A DNA stretch of 64,000 nucleotides, from contig JBPPMT010000105.1 of assembly GCA_051306195.1 (NCBI GenBank), forward strand, positions 56,858 to 120,857. The letters are read 5' to 3'. The notes beneath the pieces were generated by a model that searched no databases, was not told the DNA's origin, and saw only the letters and a list, made by a program, of their open reading frames with translations. The stretch is from Solirubrobacterales bacterium (GTDB lineage Bacteria > Actinomycetota > Thermoleophilia > Solirubrobacterales > 70-9). The position numbers and the translations under genes are program-made. Below, one piece after another: positions 9,443 through 19,266 of this stretch. Numbering within the stretch: position 1 is the first letter of the stretch; each line of letters starts with the position of its first letter.

Positions 9443-11103
9443 GCGACAAGATCAGGATTCTGCCGCTGGGCGGATTGGGGGAGATCGGCAAGAACATGAC
9501 CGTGGTCGAGTACCACGGCAAGATCGTGCTGATCGATGCCGGTCTCATGTTCCCGACGCCGGAAATGCTCGGCATCGACCTCGTACTTCCAGACTTCGAA
9601 TACCTGCGTGGCAGGGCTGAGGACATCGAAGCGATCGTCCTGACCCACGGCCACGAGGATCACGTCGGTGCTCTCCCGTACGTATTGCGCGAAGTCGGCC
9701 TTCCCAAGGTGATCTACGGCGGCATGCTGACCATCGGAATGGTTCGCTCCAAGCTCGACGAGCACAAACTTGGCGGTGCTCCGCTGACCGAACTTCCGGC
9801 CGGCCAGAAGGTCGATGCTGGCCCATTCGGCATCGAGCTGGTCCACCTCTCGCATTCGATCCCCGACATGCGTGGTGTAGTCATTTCGACCGATCTCGGC
9901 AAGGTCTTCTTCACCGGTGACTACAAGTTCGACCAGACTCCGGTTGACGGACGTCCTGCTGACGTTTCCCGCCTCGCAGAGCTCGGCCGTGACGGCCTCC
10001 TTTTGCTCGCCGGCGACTCGACCAACGCCGACCGACCCGGGGTCTCGCCCTCGGAGTCAAGCGTCGGTCCGGCCCTGCTGGAGACCTTCTCCCGCTGCAA
10101 GGGCCGAATCATCGTCACTTCTTTCGCCTCGAACATCCACCGGGTCCAGCAGGTGATCGATGCCGCCGAGGCGCTCGATCGCAAGGTGGCCCTGGTCGGC
10201 CGCTCGATGCGCAAGAACTTCAATATCGCCTCGAACCTCGGCATCGCCAACGCGCCGTCGGGGATCCTGATCCAGCCACGAGACATCGAGGACTTCCCGG
10301 ACGAGAAGGTAATCGTGATGTCGACCGGATCCCAGGGAGAGCCTTTCTCGGCGCTCCGCCGGATGGCCAACAACGACCACCGTGACATGGAGCTTCATTC
10401 CGGCGACACCGTGGTCTTTTCGGCTTCACCGGTGCCCGGCAACGAGCGGGCCGTCAACGAGACGATCGACCGCATCTACGAAATCGGCGCTTCGGTCGTC
10501 ACCGCGAAGACCGCACCGATCCACGCCTCCGGCCACGGCTTCCGGGAAGAGATCAAGATGATGCTCAACCTGACCCAGCCGAAGTACGTGATGCCGGTCC
10601 ACGGTGACCACCAGCGGATCCGCCTCCATTCCGAGCTCGCCGAGTCGGTTGGGGTGCCGGCCGAGAACATCTTCAAGGGCCGTAACGGCCTGCCGCTGGA
10701 GATCGGTCCCGACGGGGCCTCCTTCGGCGAAGAGATCGAGCAGTCGGGCGTCATCTACGTGGACGGCGTCGAACTGGCCGACCCCAACGACGCCTCACTC
10801 CGCGATCGCCGAACGATTTCCGGAGACGGCATCGTCATCGTGATCTCAACGATCGCCACCGACAACGGTGACGTGGTCGCTGATCCGGAAGTGATCCTCC
10901 GCGGCGTGGGGGCCCTCGACAACGAACTCGAGTTCACCGACGAGATCAAGGACCTGACCGAAGACGCCCTGGAAGCCAAGGCCAAGGCCAGGGTCCGCGA
11001 CACGGAGCTGATCCAGGGAGACCTACACGACGAACTGGCGAAGTTCATCTACAAGAAGCTGAAGAAGCGCCCAATGGTGGTCCCGGTAGTAATCGAAGTC
11101 TGA
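9439..11103 (+). CDS. rnj: ribonuclease J
   Basis: 554 aa. Metallo-beta-lactamase/beta-CASP fold with THGHEDHVGALP and the SGH motif. The TTG start overlaps the dapA stop. Confidence 0.93.
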   Translation: MSDKIRILPLGGLGEIGKNMTVVEYHGKIVLIDAGLMFPTPEMLGIDLVLPDFEYLRGRAEDIEAIVLTHGHEDHVGALPYVLREVGLPKVIYGGMLTIGMVRSKLDEHKLGGAPLTELPAGQKVDAGPFGIELVHLSHSIPDMRGVVISTDLGKVFFTGDYKFDQTPVDGRPADVSRLAELGRDGLLLLAGDSTNADRPGVSPSESSVGPALLETFSRCKGRIIVTSFASNIHRVQQVIDAAEALDRKVALVGRSMRKNFNIASNLGIANAPSGILIQPRDIEDFPDEKVIVMSTGSQGEPFSALRRMANNDHRDMELHSGDTVVFSASPVPGNERAVNETIDRIYEIGASVVTAKTAPIHASGHGFREEIKMMLNLTQPKYVMPVHGDHQRIRLHSELAESVGVPAENIFKGRNGLPLEIGPDGASFGEEIEQSGVIYVDGVELADPNDASLRDRRTISGDGIVIVISTIATDNGDVVADPEVILRGVGALDNELEFTDEIKDLTEDALEAKAKARVRDTELIQGDLHDELAKFIYKKLKKRPMVVPVVIEV

Positions 11104-11435
11104 GTCGCTGAGCCACGAAGTGCTCCAGATAATTCGGATATAGCTGAAAGATCCGGAGCACCGGCCCACCGCCGGGCCTGATTGACCAAGGGGCGCGGAA
11201 CGGGCACCCTGAGCCCAACGCACAACTCCAGGTGCCTGCGATAACAGTGCTGTCTGCGCCAAAATCGCAGGCACCTCCGCCGAAGGGCACCGGTGCTATG
11301 CCGCTTAACGACAACGGGCCCATCCGTGCCCCGGACGGAGCTCCTGAGTCCTCCCGGAGGCATGACTACGTTCGTGCACGCAACAAGAGCGCCGGGCCTA
11401 GGGGGAGAAGGGGCTCGACGCTCTGTGTTGTTTTA
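11104..11435 (+). ncRNA. candidate structured RNA or long structured rnj 3' UTR (family unassigned)
   Basis: No credible ORF. The helices are 11121-11160 (10 bp, 1 mismatch), 11231-11275 (perfect 12 bp, GGTGCCTGCGAT/ATCGCAGGCACC) and a terminal stem plus U-run at 11381-11435. Confidence 0.3.
11381..11435 (+). terminator. putative intrinsic terminator (plus strand)
   Basis: CAACAAGAGCG (11381-11391) pairs with CGCTCTGTGTTG (11419-11430, one bulge), followed by TTTTA. Confidence 0.5.
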
Positions 11436-11438
11436 GTC

Positions 11439-11483
11439 AAAAAGCGAACCTGCCGAGGCAGTCTGGGGGAGATCCCCGGCAGG
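11439..11483 (-). terminator. intrinsic terminator of the histidine kinase/response regulator operon
   Basis: On the minus strand, CCUGCCG...CGGCAGG (11483-11477 / 11455-11449) is followed by UUCGCUUUUU. It lies 50 nt downstream of the kinase stop. Confidence 0.6.
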
Positions 11484-11533
11484 TCCATGTGTCTCGTCCG
11501 TCTAGAAAGATAGGCCGGGCTTCTAAAAGACCT

Positions 11534-12988
11534 CTAAAGCTTCGCTAACGGTTTCTTAGGGGTTTCCGCATCGAGTGGAAGCAGCACGCTGAACATGGCT
11601 CCACCACTGGGAGAATCGCCTACTTTGGCGATCCCTCCGTGGCCCTTTGCGATGGCAAATACGATTGCCAGGCCAAGTCCGGTCCCATTCGATCCGGCGC
11701 GGTCTCCGGGACCCGTATTCCGGACGAAACGATCGAAGATATGGGGCCATAGATCCTCCGGCACGCCGGGTCCGTCATCGGCCACTGTGAGCACGGCCTG
11801 ACCCGCCTCTTCATCGATCGAGGTGGCGACCGTGATGGTGGTGCCTTCCGGGGTATGGCGCACGGCGTTGTCGACCAGGTTGAGGATCACCCGGTGAAGT
11901 TCGTCGGCGGTTCCGCTGAGGATCACCGGATCACCCGGTTCGACCTCGATCCGGTGTCCTTCGGAAAGCGGGGTCACCTCTTCGACGGCGTTCTCGGCGA
12001 TCTCGTTGAGGTCGCAGCGGCTCCGCGGCTGGGACCGGCCGGAGTCGGCCCGGGCCAGGATTTGGAGGTCGGCGACCAGGCGGCGCATCCTCTGCGACGA
12101 CCTGAGCGCGGATTCGACGCTCTCCAGCTCCATTTCGCGGTCCTGCCCGGCCAGGGAGTGTTCGAGCAGCTCCAGGTTGGCGAGGACGCTGGTCAGGGGT
12201 GTTCGCAGCTCGTGTGAGGCGTCAGCCACGAATTCTCGCTGGCGCGCCAGGGATTTCTCCCTTTCTTTCCTGGCCAGGGACAATTCGTGGAGCATTTCGT
12301 TGAAGGTTGTTGTCAACTCGCCGACCTCGTCGTCGGTCCGGGTGTTCGGGAGTGTCACCGACGGGTCCCGGGTCCTCGCGATCTCGCCGGCGGCGGTGGT
12401 CAGGTTGGAGATCGGCCTCATCGCACGGCGGGAGAGCACCACTCCGGCCAGGGCGGCCAACAGCGTGGCGCCCAGGGTTCCCGCCAGGACCGATATCCAG
12501 ATGCGGTTGACCGATGCCTCCAGGCGATCGATCGGACGAGCCACCCGGACGAAGCCGATGGTCAGGCCACTGCCCGGGGTGTCCTCGTAAGGGACGGTCG
12601 CGACCTGGTACTTGCCGACTTCGGTGATCCGCTGGTCGCTGAGCGGACCGAGGTCGGGCGAGTCATTGAGCCGGACCGTTTCGCCGCGGGCGATCGTGGT
12701 CAGGTCGGCCGGGCCGCTGGCATCCTGGAGCAGGGGAGTGATCGCCGAGATCGGCGTATATCCCGGGGTCAGCCTCACGACCTCGCGGATGTCGTGGACA
12801 AGTTCGTTTGCGGCGGATTCGGTGTCGGCCGCGTAGTTGTTCCTGACCTGCTCGGAGGTGAGCTGACCTACCGCCACGCCAAATGCCACCAGGATGATGA
12901 AAGTGAGCCCGGCAGAGACCCCGGCGAGCTTCCAGCGGATCGGCCACCTCGATGGCCACTTCCGGGACTGGCGCATCTTCGCGATCAA
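11534..12988 (-). CDS. two-component sensor histidine kinase (2 TM, HAMP, HisKA, HATPase_c)
   Basis: 484 aa with an H-box (FVADASHELRTPLTS), an N-box (LVDNAVRHTP) and a G-box (GTGLGLAIV). Confidence 0.9.
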   Translation of the reverse strand: MIAKMRQSRKWPSRWPIRWKLAGVSAGLTFIILVAFGVAVGQLTSEQVRNNYAADTESAANELVHDIREVVRLTPGYTPISAITPLLQDASGPADLTTIARGETVRLNDSPDLGPLSDQRITEVGKYQVATVPYEDTPGSGLTIGFVRVARPIDRLEASVNRIWISVLAGTLGATLLAALAGVVLSRRAMRPISNLTTAAGEIARTRDPSVTLPNTRTDDEVGELTTTFNEMLHELSLARKEREKSLARQREFVADASHELRTPLTSVLANLELLEHSLAGQDREMELESVESALRSSQRMRRLVADLQILARADSGRSQPRSRCDLNEIAENAVEEVTPLSEGHRIEVEPGDPVILSGTADELHRVILNLVDNAVRHTPEGTTITVATSIDEEAGQAVLTVADDGPGVPEDLWPHIFDRFVRNTGPGDRAGSNGTGLGLAIVFAIAKGHGGIAKVGDSPSGGAMFSVLLPLDAETPKKPLAKL

Positions 12989-12991
12989 GCG

Positions 12992-13681
12992 TCAGGCCTT
13001 GATTACGTAGCCGGCCCCGCGCTTGGTGTGGAGGATGCGCGGCTCGCCGCCCTCTTCCAGTTTCCGGCGGAGGTTGGAGATGAAGACGTCGATCGTGTTT
13101 GTTTCATCCAGCGGGTCATAGCCCCAGACCTCTTCCAGCAGGCGTTCCCTCGAGATCACCAGGCGCTGGTTCCTCATCAGGTATTCGAGAAGTTCAAATT
13201 CACGTTTGGTCAGCTCGATCTCGCGGTCACCGCGCAGGGCTTCCTGTGAGTCGGGGTTCAGGCGGAGGTCCCCGACCGTGATCATCGCCGAGCCGCGCGG
13301 CGGGTGGCGGCGGAGCAGGGCCCGGATGCGAGCGAGCAGCTCGGTCCGCTCGAAAGGCTTTACCAGGTAGTCATCGGCTCCGGAGTCGAGCCCGGTGACC
13401 CGGTCCGCCGTTTCGGCACGGGCTGTGAGCATCAGGATCGGTACCTCGGAGTCCTCGCGGAGCTTCGCGCAGACCTCGAGGCCGTCCATGCCGGGAAGGC
13501 CGAGGTCGAGCACGACGAGGTCGGGCATGAATTCGCGGCTGATATCGAGGCCTTCGGGGCCGTCTCCGCCGGCCCGGACCTCGTAACCCTCGGCCCGCAG
13601 CGTCCTTCTCAGGACATCGACGATTTCGGCATCGTCCTCGATGACCAGGATGCGCCCGTCGGTATCTCCATCAGTTCCCAT
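12992..13681 (-). CDS. OmpR/PhoB-family response regulator
   Basis: 229 aa. Receiver domain (ILVIEDD...DLVVLDLGLPGMDG) plus a winged-helix C-terminus (LTKREFELLEYL...RRKLE). Confidence 0.93.
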   Translation of the reverse strand: MGTDGDTDGRILVIEDDAEIVDVLRRTLRAEGYEVRAGGDGPEGLDISREFMPDLVVLDLGLPGMDGLEVCAKLREDSEVPILMLTARAETADRVTGLDSGADDYLVKPFERTELLARIRALLRRHPPRGSAMITVGDLRLNPDSQEALRGDREIELTKREFELLEYLMRNQRLVISRERLLEEVWGYDPLDETNTIDVFISNLRRKLEEGGEPRILHTKRGAGYVIKA

Positions 13682-13764
13682 GCGGCAATCATAAAGATCG
13701 AGGTACGCGTTTCATAAAGGGGGTTCGGGAAGGGGTAGCGGCCTGCTCGTAGAACAAAGAAACC

Positions 13765-16524
13765 ATGTTCGTACGTACTACCCGTCGCAACAAGAAGCGG
13801 CGGCCGGCGAAGGGTGCCGGAAAGAAGGGTTCGAAGAAGATCGAGAAGGTGAAAGAGCCGCTCGAGCAGCGGCATCTGGACCTGATCGGTCTGGGCTGCG
13901 TGCTGCTCGGGATCTACCTGGTCTTCGTGCTCTACTTCGGCTGGGACGGCGGTCGGGTCGGTTCCGGCATCCGGGACGGCCTCCAGTACCTGATCGGGCT
14001 GGCCGCTTACGTCATCCCTGTCGCCCTCTTTTCTGTTGGTGCGATCCTGGTCTTCCAGCCCTCGATGCCGTCGACGCGCCCGCTCAGGACCGGCGCCGGA
14101 TTCCTGCTAGGCGGGCTGCTGCTTGCTTTCGCCGGTGGCACGCTCGGAATGGGCGGTACCCGGCCCGAGAGCATCGCCTACTTCGATGCCGGCTGGTTCC
14201 CCGAGCACGGGGGAGCGGTCGGTGAATCCACCTACTGGCTCATGGCCACGCTCTTCCAGCCCTTCGGAGCCCACCTGGTTGCCGTATTCGCCCTGATCGC
14301 CGGGATCCTGTTTCTGACCGGCACCACGGTCGCCGCCGTGCTCAGCCGCAGTGGTTCGGCCCTGAAGAAGGCCGGTTCGACGTCGGCCGAAGCAACCCGC
14401 GTTCTCACTCGCACCAATCTGCCTTCCGGCGAGCCGACAGCAGTCGTAGATGCCGATGAGGAGCTGACCGAGAAGATCGAACCGGAAGGGACCGAGGAGC
14501 CTGAAGTCCCGGCTGAGCCGATCTTCGCGGACGAAGGCATTTTCGCCAGCGTCGAAGACGGCATTCAAGAGGAGCAGACCGCCGAGATCGAGATCCCGCG
14601 GGAGGTTTCACCGGTTGAGGTCGACATCTGGGCCGAGAACGGCGGCGAGCCGACGATTTCGGACAAGACCGAAAAGCTCGAATCGATCGAGATCTTCGCC
14701 GGGGCAGCGGGGGCCGCAACGGCCGCTGCCGGAACCGAAGCGATCGAGAAGGGCACCGGCGGGGGCGACTGGGGCAATGACGACGACGGCCCCGACACCT
14801 TCACTGATGACTTCGAACAGGAACTCAGCGAACTCGAAGACGAGTTCGACGTGCCCGAGGTGGAGCTCGAGGACACGGAAGCGGTGGAGCTCGAAGGTGC
14901 CGAAGAGAGCCCGGCCGAGCGTGCGGCCGCGGTCCAGGCAACCGACAGTCAGCTCGAACTCACGCCGATGGGCGAGAAGCGCGGCGCAACCACGGCGGCC
15001 GAGATCAAGTACCGCAAGCCGACCACCAAGGTCCTCGACAAGGGTTCAAAGGATGCGGGGCCTGATCTTGTCGAGCAGAAGGAACTGGCTCGCAAGCTGG
15101 TCGAGACCCTCGGCCATTTCGGCGTCGAAGCGCGGATCGTCGGCGTCGTCTCCGGACCACATGTCTCCCGCTTCGAACTCCAGCTCGCTCCGGGCACCAA
15201 GGTCAAGAAGGTCTCGGAGCTCTCGAATGACCTCGCTTACGCGCTGGCTTCGACCGACATCCGCATCCTCGCGCCGATTCCCGGCAAGCAGGCAGTTGGA
15301 GTCGAAGTCCCGAACTCGAGCCGCAAGATGGTCAAGCTCGGTGACATCTACTCCAAGCCTTCGGCCAAAGCTTCACCGCTTGTCGCCTGGCTCGGCAAGG
15401 GCATCGACGGCAAGGCGGTCTGTACCGACCTCGCGACGATGCCGCACGTGCTGGTTGCCGGCACCACCGGTTCCGGCAAGTCCGGCTGCGTCAACGCCAT
15501 TCTCAGCTCGATTCTCATGCACTCGTCGCCGAACGAAGTGCGCCTCGTGCTGGTTGACCCCAAGCAGGTCGAGCTGAACCACTACGAGTCGGTGCCGCAC
15601 CTGCTCACCCCGGTGGTGACCAATCCCAAGCTCGCTGCGAACGTGCTTCAGAACCTGATTGCCGAGATGGAGACCCGCTACGGCCTGATGAAGAGCGTGC
15701 GCGCCAGGAACATCAGCGACTACAACGCTATCCAGGACAAGCTGGGTGAGCCCAAGCTGCCGCACATCCTCTGCGTGATCGACGAGCTCGCCGACCTGAT
15801 GATGGTGGCTCCGGCCGACGTCGAGTCCTCGATCATCCGTCTCGCTCAGAAGTCACGGGCGACCGGCATCCACCTCGTTCTTGCGACGCAGCGACCTTCG
15901 ACCGACATCATCACCGGAACGATCAAGGTCAATATCCCGTCCCGAATCGCTTTCGCCGTGTCCTCGCAGACCGATTCGCGCGTAATCCTCGACCAGGGTG
16001 GTGCCGAAGCTCTCCTCGGCCAGGGCGACATGCTCTTTCGCGGTCCGGGTACTTCGAAGCTGAACCGGATCCAGGGGGCCTTTGTCTCCGAAGAGGAGAT
16101 CGCCCGGATCACCGACTTCTGGTCCGAGCAGGGCGAGCCCGAGTTCGCGCAGGAGCTGCTTTCTGAAGTCACTCCGGCCAAGGAAGAGGCCGCAGATGGC
16201 GACTTCGATCCCGATCAGGACGATCTGCTGGACGAGGCGATCCAGCTCGTGGTCGACACGGAAACCGCTTCGGTCTCGATGATCCAGCGCCGTCTGAGGG
16301 TCGGCTACACCAGGGCAGGACGTCTGGTCGACATGCTCGAACGCCGAGGCGTGATTTCCGGCTACGAAGGATCGAAGCCGCGCCAGGTGCTGATTACTGC
16401 GGCCGACCTGCCGCGTGTGCTCGGCAAGGGCCAGAACTTCGGTGATAGCGACGAAGTCGATGCGCTCACTCCCGGCGAGTCGGCTGAACCGATCCTCGAC
16501 ACTTCGCCGCCCCAGGACGCCTGA
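13765..16524 (+). CDS. ftsK: DNA translocase FtsK
   Basis: 919 aa. N-terminal TM segments, a long acidic linker, a motor domain with Walker A GTTGSGKS, and a C-terminal gamma winged helix (SVSMIQRRLRVGYTRAGRLVDMLE). Confidence 0.95.
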   Translation: MFVRTTRRNKKRRPAKGAGKKGSKKIEKVKEPLEQRHLDLIGLGCVLLGIYLVFVLYFGWDGGRVGSGIRDGLQYLIGLAAYVIPVALFSVGAILVFQPSMPSTRPLRTGAGFLLGGLLLAFAGGTLGMGGTRPESIAYFDAGWFPEHGGAVGESTYWLMATLFQPFGAHLVAVFALIAGILFLTGTTVAAVLSRSGSALKKAGSTSAEATRVLTRTNLPSGEPTAVVDADEELTEKIEPEGTEEPEVPAEPIFADEGIFASVEDGIQEEQTAEIEIPREVSPVEVDIWAENGGEPTISDKTEKLESIEIFAGAAGAATAAAGTEAIEKGTGGGDWGNDDDGPDTFTDDFEQELSELEDEFDVPEVELEDTEAVELEGAEESPAERAAAVQATDSQLELTPMGEKRGATTAAEIKYRKPTTKVLDKGSKDAGPDLVEQKELARKLVETLGHFGVEARIVGVVSGPHVSRFELQLAPGTKVKKVSELSNDLAYALASTDIRILAPIPGKQAVGVEVPNSSRKMVKLGDIYSKPSAKASPLVAWLGKGIDGKAVCTDLATMPHVLVAGTTGSGKSGCVNAILSSILMHSSPNEVRLVLVDPKQVELNHYESVPHLLTPVVTNPKLAANVLQNLIAEMETRYGLMKSVRARNISDYNAIQDKLGEPKLPHILCVIDELADLMMVAPADVESSIIRLAQKSRATGIHLVLATQRPSTDIITGTIKVNIPSRIAFAVSSQTDSRVILDQGGAEALLGQGDMLFRGPGTSKLNRIQGAFVSEEEIARITDFWSEQGEPEFAQELLSEVTPAKEEAADGDFDPDQDDLLDEAIQLVVDTETASVSMIQRRLRVGYTRAGRLVDMLERRGVISGYEGSKPRQVLITAADLPRVLGKGQNFGDSDEVDALTPGESAEPILDTSPPQDA

Positions 16525-16557
16525 CACCTTCCCCCATCTGCCGGTAGGGTCGGACCC

Positions 16558-17850
16558 GTGGCGGAAGTCGAACAGAGCGAATCGGTGCGGGCCGGAATAC
16601 TCGTCACCGGAACCGAGGTGCTGACGGCCACGATCGTCGACAAGAACGGTCCCTGGCTTTCCGAGCAACTGACTGCGATCGGCATCGAGCTGGCCGAGAT
16701 CCTGATCGTCGCCGACCACCCGGATGACGTTCTCAACGCTCTTCAGCACATGGAGGGCATCGGGCTTGACCTGGTGATCACCACTGGTGGCCTCGGGCCG
16801 ACCGCGGACGACCTGACGGCCGAGGTGGTCGGACAGTTCACCGGGCGCGAGCTGGAGCTCGACAAGGAGATGGAAGACAAGATCGCCGCGATCCTCGACC
16901 GCTTCATCAAGGCTTCCCCGGTGAAACTCGCTCCGGCCGGGCTGAATGCCGCCAATCGCAAGCAGGCGATGGTTCCGAGAGGAGCCGTGCCGCTTGATCC
17001 GGTCGGTACCGCTCCCGGGCTGATCGTCCCTGGCCGCGACGGCATGGTCGTGCTGGTGCTGCCGGGGCCCCCGCGTGAACTCCAGCCGATGTGGCGGACC
17101 GCGCTGAAAGAGCCGTTGATCAAGGAGATCACCGACCGCGCGACCCATCTGAACTTCTACCGCCTGCGCATGTTCGGTACGCCCGAGTCCGAGCTGGCCC
17201 TCAGCCTGAGGGAGATCGAGGACGGCGGACTCGACATCGACGAGCTGGAGATCACCACCTGTCTGCGGAAAGGCGAGGTCGAGATCGACGTCAGGTACCG
17301 GGACGGAGCGGTGGAGAAGGCCGAAGCCCTGCGAGAGGCCCTGCGTGAGCGTCACGAACGCACGCTTTACAGCCTCGACGGTACGACCATCGACGAAATG
17401 GTTGCCGGGCTGCTCCAGGGTCGCCGCCTCGGACTGGCCGAATCATGTAGCGCCGGTCTGCTCGCGGCGCGGATCACGGACATTCCGGGCGCTTCCGACT
17501 ACTTCGCCGGCGGCGTCGTCTCCTATTCGAACGAAGCCAAGGCCGAGCTCCTGGGAGTGGATCAGGGCCTGCTGGACGAGTTCGGTGCGGTCTCGCCCGA
17601 AGTCGCAAAGGCGATGGCGGAGGGCGCGTTGGAACGCTTTGACGCCGACGTCTCACTTTCGATCACCGGCATTGCCGGGCCCGGGGGCGGCAGCGAAGAA
17701 AAGCCGGTGGGGTTCGTCTGTTTCCACGCGATGACTGCGGACGGAGGGGAGCGGACGCTGAGTCCGGTCATTCCCGGCGGACGCAGTGACATCCGCGAGC
17801 GATCCGCCCTGGTGGCGATGCACCTGCTGCGCATGCTGCTCGCTGACTGA
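16558..17850 (+). CDS. cinA: competence/damage-inducible protein CinA (MoCF-binding domain plus nicotinamide-nucleotide amidase PncC domain)
   Basis: 430 aa with GTEVL...D.N, TTGGLGPT.DD and C-terminal ESCSAGLLAA...GG.V.YSN motifs. Located directly upstream of recA. Confidence 0.9.
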   Translation: MAEVEQSESVRAGILVTGTEVLTATIVDKNGPWLSEQLTAIGIELAEILIVADHPDDVLNALQHMEGIGLDLVITTGGLGPTADDLTAEVVGQFTGRELELDKEMEDKIAAILDRFIKASPVKLAPAGLNAANRKQAMVPRGAVPLDPVGTAPGLIVPGRDGMVVLVLPGPPRELQPMWRTALKEPLIKEITDRATHLNFYRLRMFGTPESELALSLREIEDGGLDIDELEITTCLRKGEVEIDVRYRDGAVEKAEALREALRERHERTLYSLDGTTIDEMVAGLLQGRRLGLAESCSAGLLAARITDIPGASDYFAGGVVSYSNEAKAELLGVDQGLLDEFGAVSPEVAKAMAEGALERFDADVSLSITGIAGPGGGSEEKPVGFVCFHAMTADGGERTLSPVIPGGRSDIRERSALVAMHLLRMLLAD

Positions 17851-17987
17851 GATGTGTGGAAGCCGTCCGGAACGGGTCGCATAATTGGTACATCTGGAGC
17901 GCCATTGCTTCAGTTTGCGTAGCTACTTTCAGTTATGTCGCCGAAACGGACCATTCCGTCCGACGGCAGGAATAGCTTTCCCCATAG

Positions 17988-18001
17988 CGAACATGTGTTC
18001 G
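17988..18001. promoter_or_regulatory. LexA SOS box (Cheo-type, GAAC-N4-GTTC)
   Basis: Perfect palindrome CGAACATGTGTTCG, 63 nt upstream of the recA ATG at 18064. Confidence 0.75.
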
Positions 18002-18063
18002 TACAGGACTTGATTCTTCGAACAACGATGCGGCCTGATCGGCTGCGGCGAGGTGATATTCAG

Positions 18064-19236
18064 ATGAGCGAGAGGCTGGAAAACGACATGGGTCCCGGTA
18101 CCGACAAAGAGACCAAGGCCCGTACGGCTGCGCTCGATGCCGCCAAGAGCCAGATCGAGAAGCAGTTCGGGGCCGGCTCGCTGATGAAGCTCGGTGACCA
18201 GGGTGCACTGGACATCGAATCGATCTCCACCGGAGCCCTGCCGCTCGACATCGCGCTCGGAGTCGGTGGCATACCGCGGGGCCGGATCGTCGAGATCTTC
18301 GGCCCGGAATCCTCGGGCAAGACCACGCTGGTCTACCACATCATCGCCGAGGCCCAGAAGCGCGGCGGTGTCTGCGCTTTCGTCGATGCCGAGCACGCGA
18401 TCGACCCCGTTTACGCCAGGCGGATCGGTGTGAATACCGATGAACTCCTGATTTCCCAGCCAGACTACGGCGAGCAGGCACTCGAGATCGTCGACGTGCT
18501 GACCCGCTCCGGCGCGGTTGACGTGGTCGCGGTCGACTCGGTCGCCGCCCTGACGCCGCGGGCCGAGCTTGAAGGCCAGATGGGCGACGTCACGGTCGGG
18601 CTCCAGGCCAGGCTCATGTCACAGGCACTGCGCAAGCTGGCCGGCAACCTGAACCGGGCCAATACGGTCTGCCTGTTCACCAACCAGATTCGCGAGAAGA
18701 TCGGCGTTTCGTTCGGCTCTCCGGAGACCCAGCCGGGTGGACGTGCGCTCAAGTTCTATTCCTCGCAGAGGCTCGACATCCGTCGTATCGAGACGCTGAA
18801 GGACGGCACCGAGGCAGTGGCCAACCGGGTCCGTGTCAAGGTCGTCAAGAACAAGGTTGCGGCTCCGTTCAAGCAGGCCGAGTTCGACATCGAATACGGC
18901 CAGGGCATTTCCCGCGAGGGCAGCCTGATCGACCTCGGCATCGATCACGACCTGGTGCAGAAGTCGGGTTCGTTCTTCTCCTACGGCGATACCCGGCTGG
19001 GTCAGGGACGCAGTAACTCGAAGCAGTTCCTGGCGGATAACCCGGACATCTCGCTCGAAATCGAGACCCGCATCCTCGAGTCGCTCGGCATCACACGGGA
19101 CGGCTCGTCGATCGAGGCCGAGGTCCCGGAGGAAGCAAAGGACGCCAAGGGCTCGAAGGCGAACAAGAAGGAAGTCGAGACCCCGGTGGCGATCGTCGAA
19201 GACGCTCCGGCTGACGAGGAGAAGCAGGCGGCCTGA
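18064..19236 (+). CDS. recA: recombinase RecA
   Basis: 390 aa from ATG 18064 (SD GAGGTGA upstream), with Walker [10 protein letters not shown]. The ORF-track start at 17935 would place the LexA box inside the coding sequence. The C-terminal tail is about 40 aa longer than a typical RecA. Confidence 0.96.
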   Translation: MSERLENDMGPGTDKETKARTAALDAAKSQIEKQFGAGSLMKLGDQGALDIESISTGALPLDIALGVGGIPRGRIVEIFGPESSGKTTLVYHIIAEAQKRGGVCAFVDAEHAIDPVYARRIGVNTDELLISQPDYGEQALEIVDVLTRSGAVDVVAVDSVAALTPRAELEGQMGDVTVGLQARLMSQALRKLAGNLNRANTVCLFTNQIREKIGVSFGSPETQPGGRALKFYSSQRLDIRRIETLKDGTEAVANRVRVKVVKNKVAAPFKQAEFDIEYGQGISREGSLIDLGIDHDLVQKSGSFFSYGDTRLGQGRSNSKQFLADNPDISLEIETRILESLGITRDGSSIEAEVPEEAKDAKGSKANKKEVETPVAIVEDAPADEEKQAA

Positions 19237-19266
19237 CCCTGAGCAGGGGTTCGGTCGCAGCGAAAC

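Noticed and set aside
11232-11513. 93-aa plus-strand ORF, and three 83-104-aa minus-strand ORFs, in the rnj-kinase gap.
   Set aside because: Their composition is implausible (P/R/G/S-rich) and they have no SD. They read straight through two terminator hairpins.
11104-11533. Possibility that the structured gap is tmRNA, RNase P RNA, SRP RNA or a tRNA.
   Set aside because: I searched both strands by eye and did not find any of the expected signatures. Missing were GGGG...UUCGAC 5' / T-arm GGUUCGAnUCC plus CCA-type 3' ends (tmRNA, tRNA), GAGGAAAGUCCGG and ACAGAAnCCGGCUUA (RNase P), and GUCCGGAAGGAAGCAGC (SRP). Only weak partial resemblances appeared. A tag-like frame ending ...YAA (about 11259-11306) contains Cys and lacks surrounding tmRNA structure. 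The family is left unassigned rather than named.
13748-13790. Second LexA box at the ftsK start.
   Set aside because: Only a half-site (GTTCGTAC) is present. The GAAC...GTTC spacing is 11 nt rather than 4.
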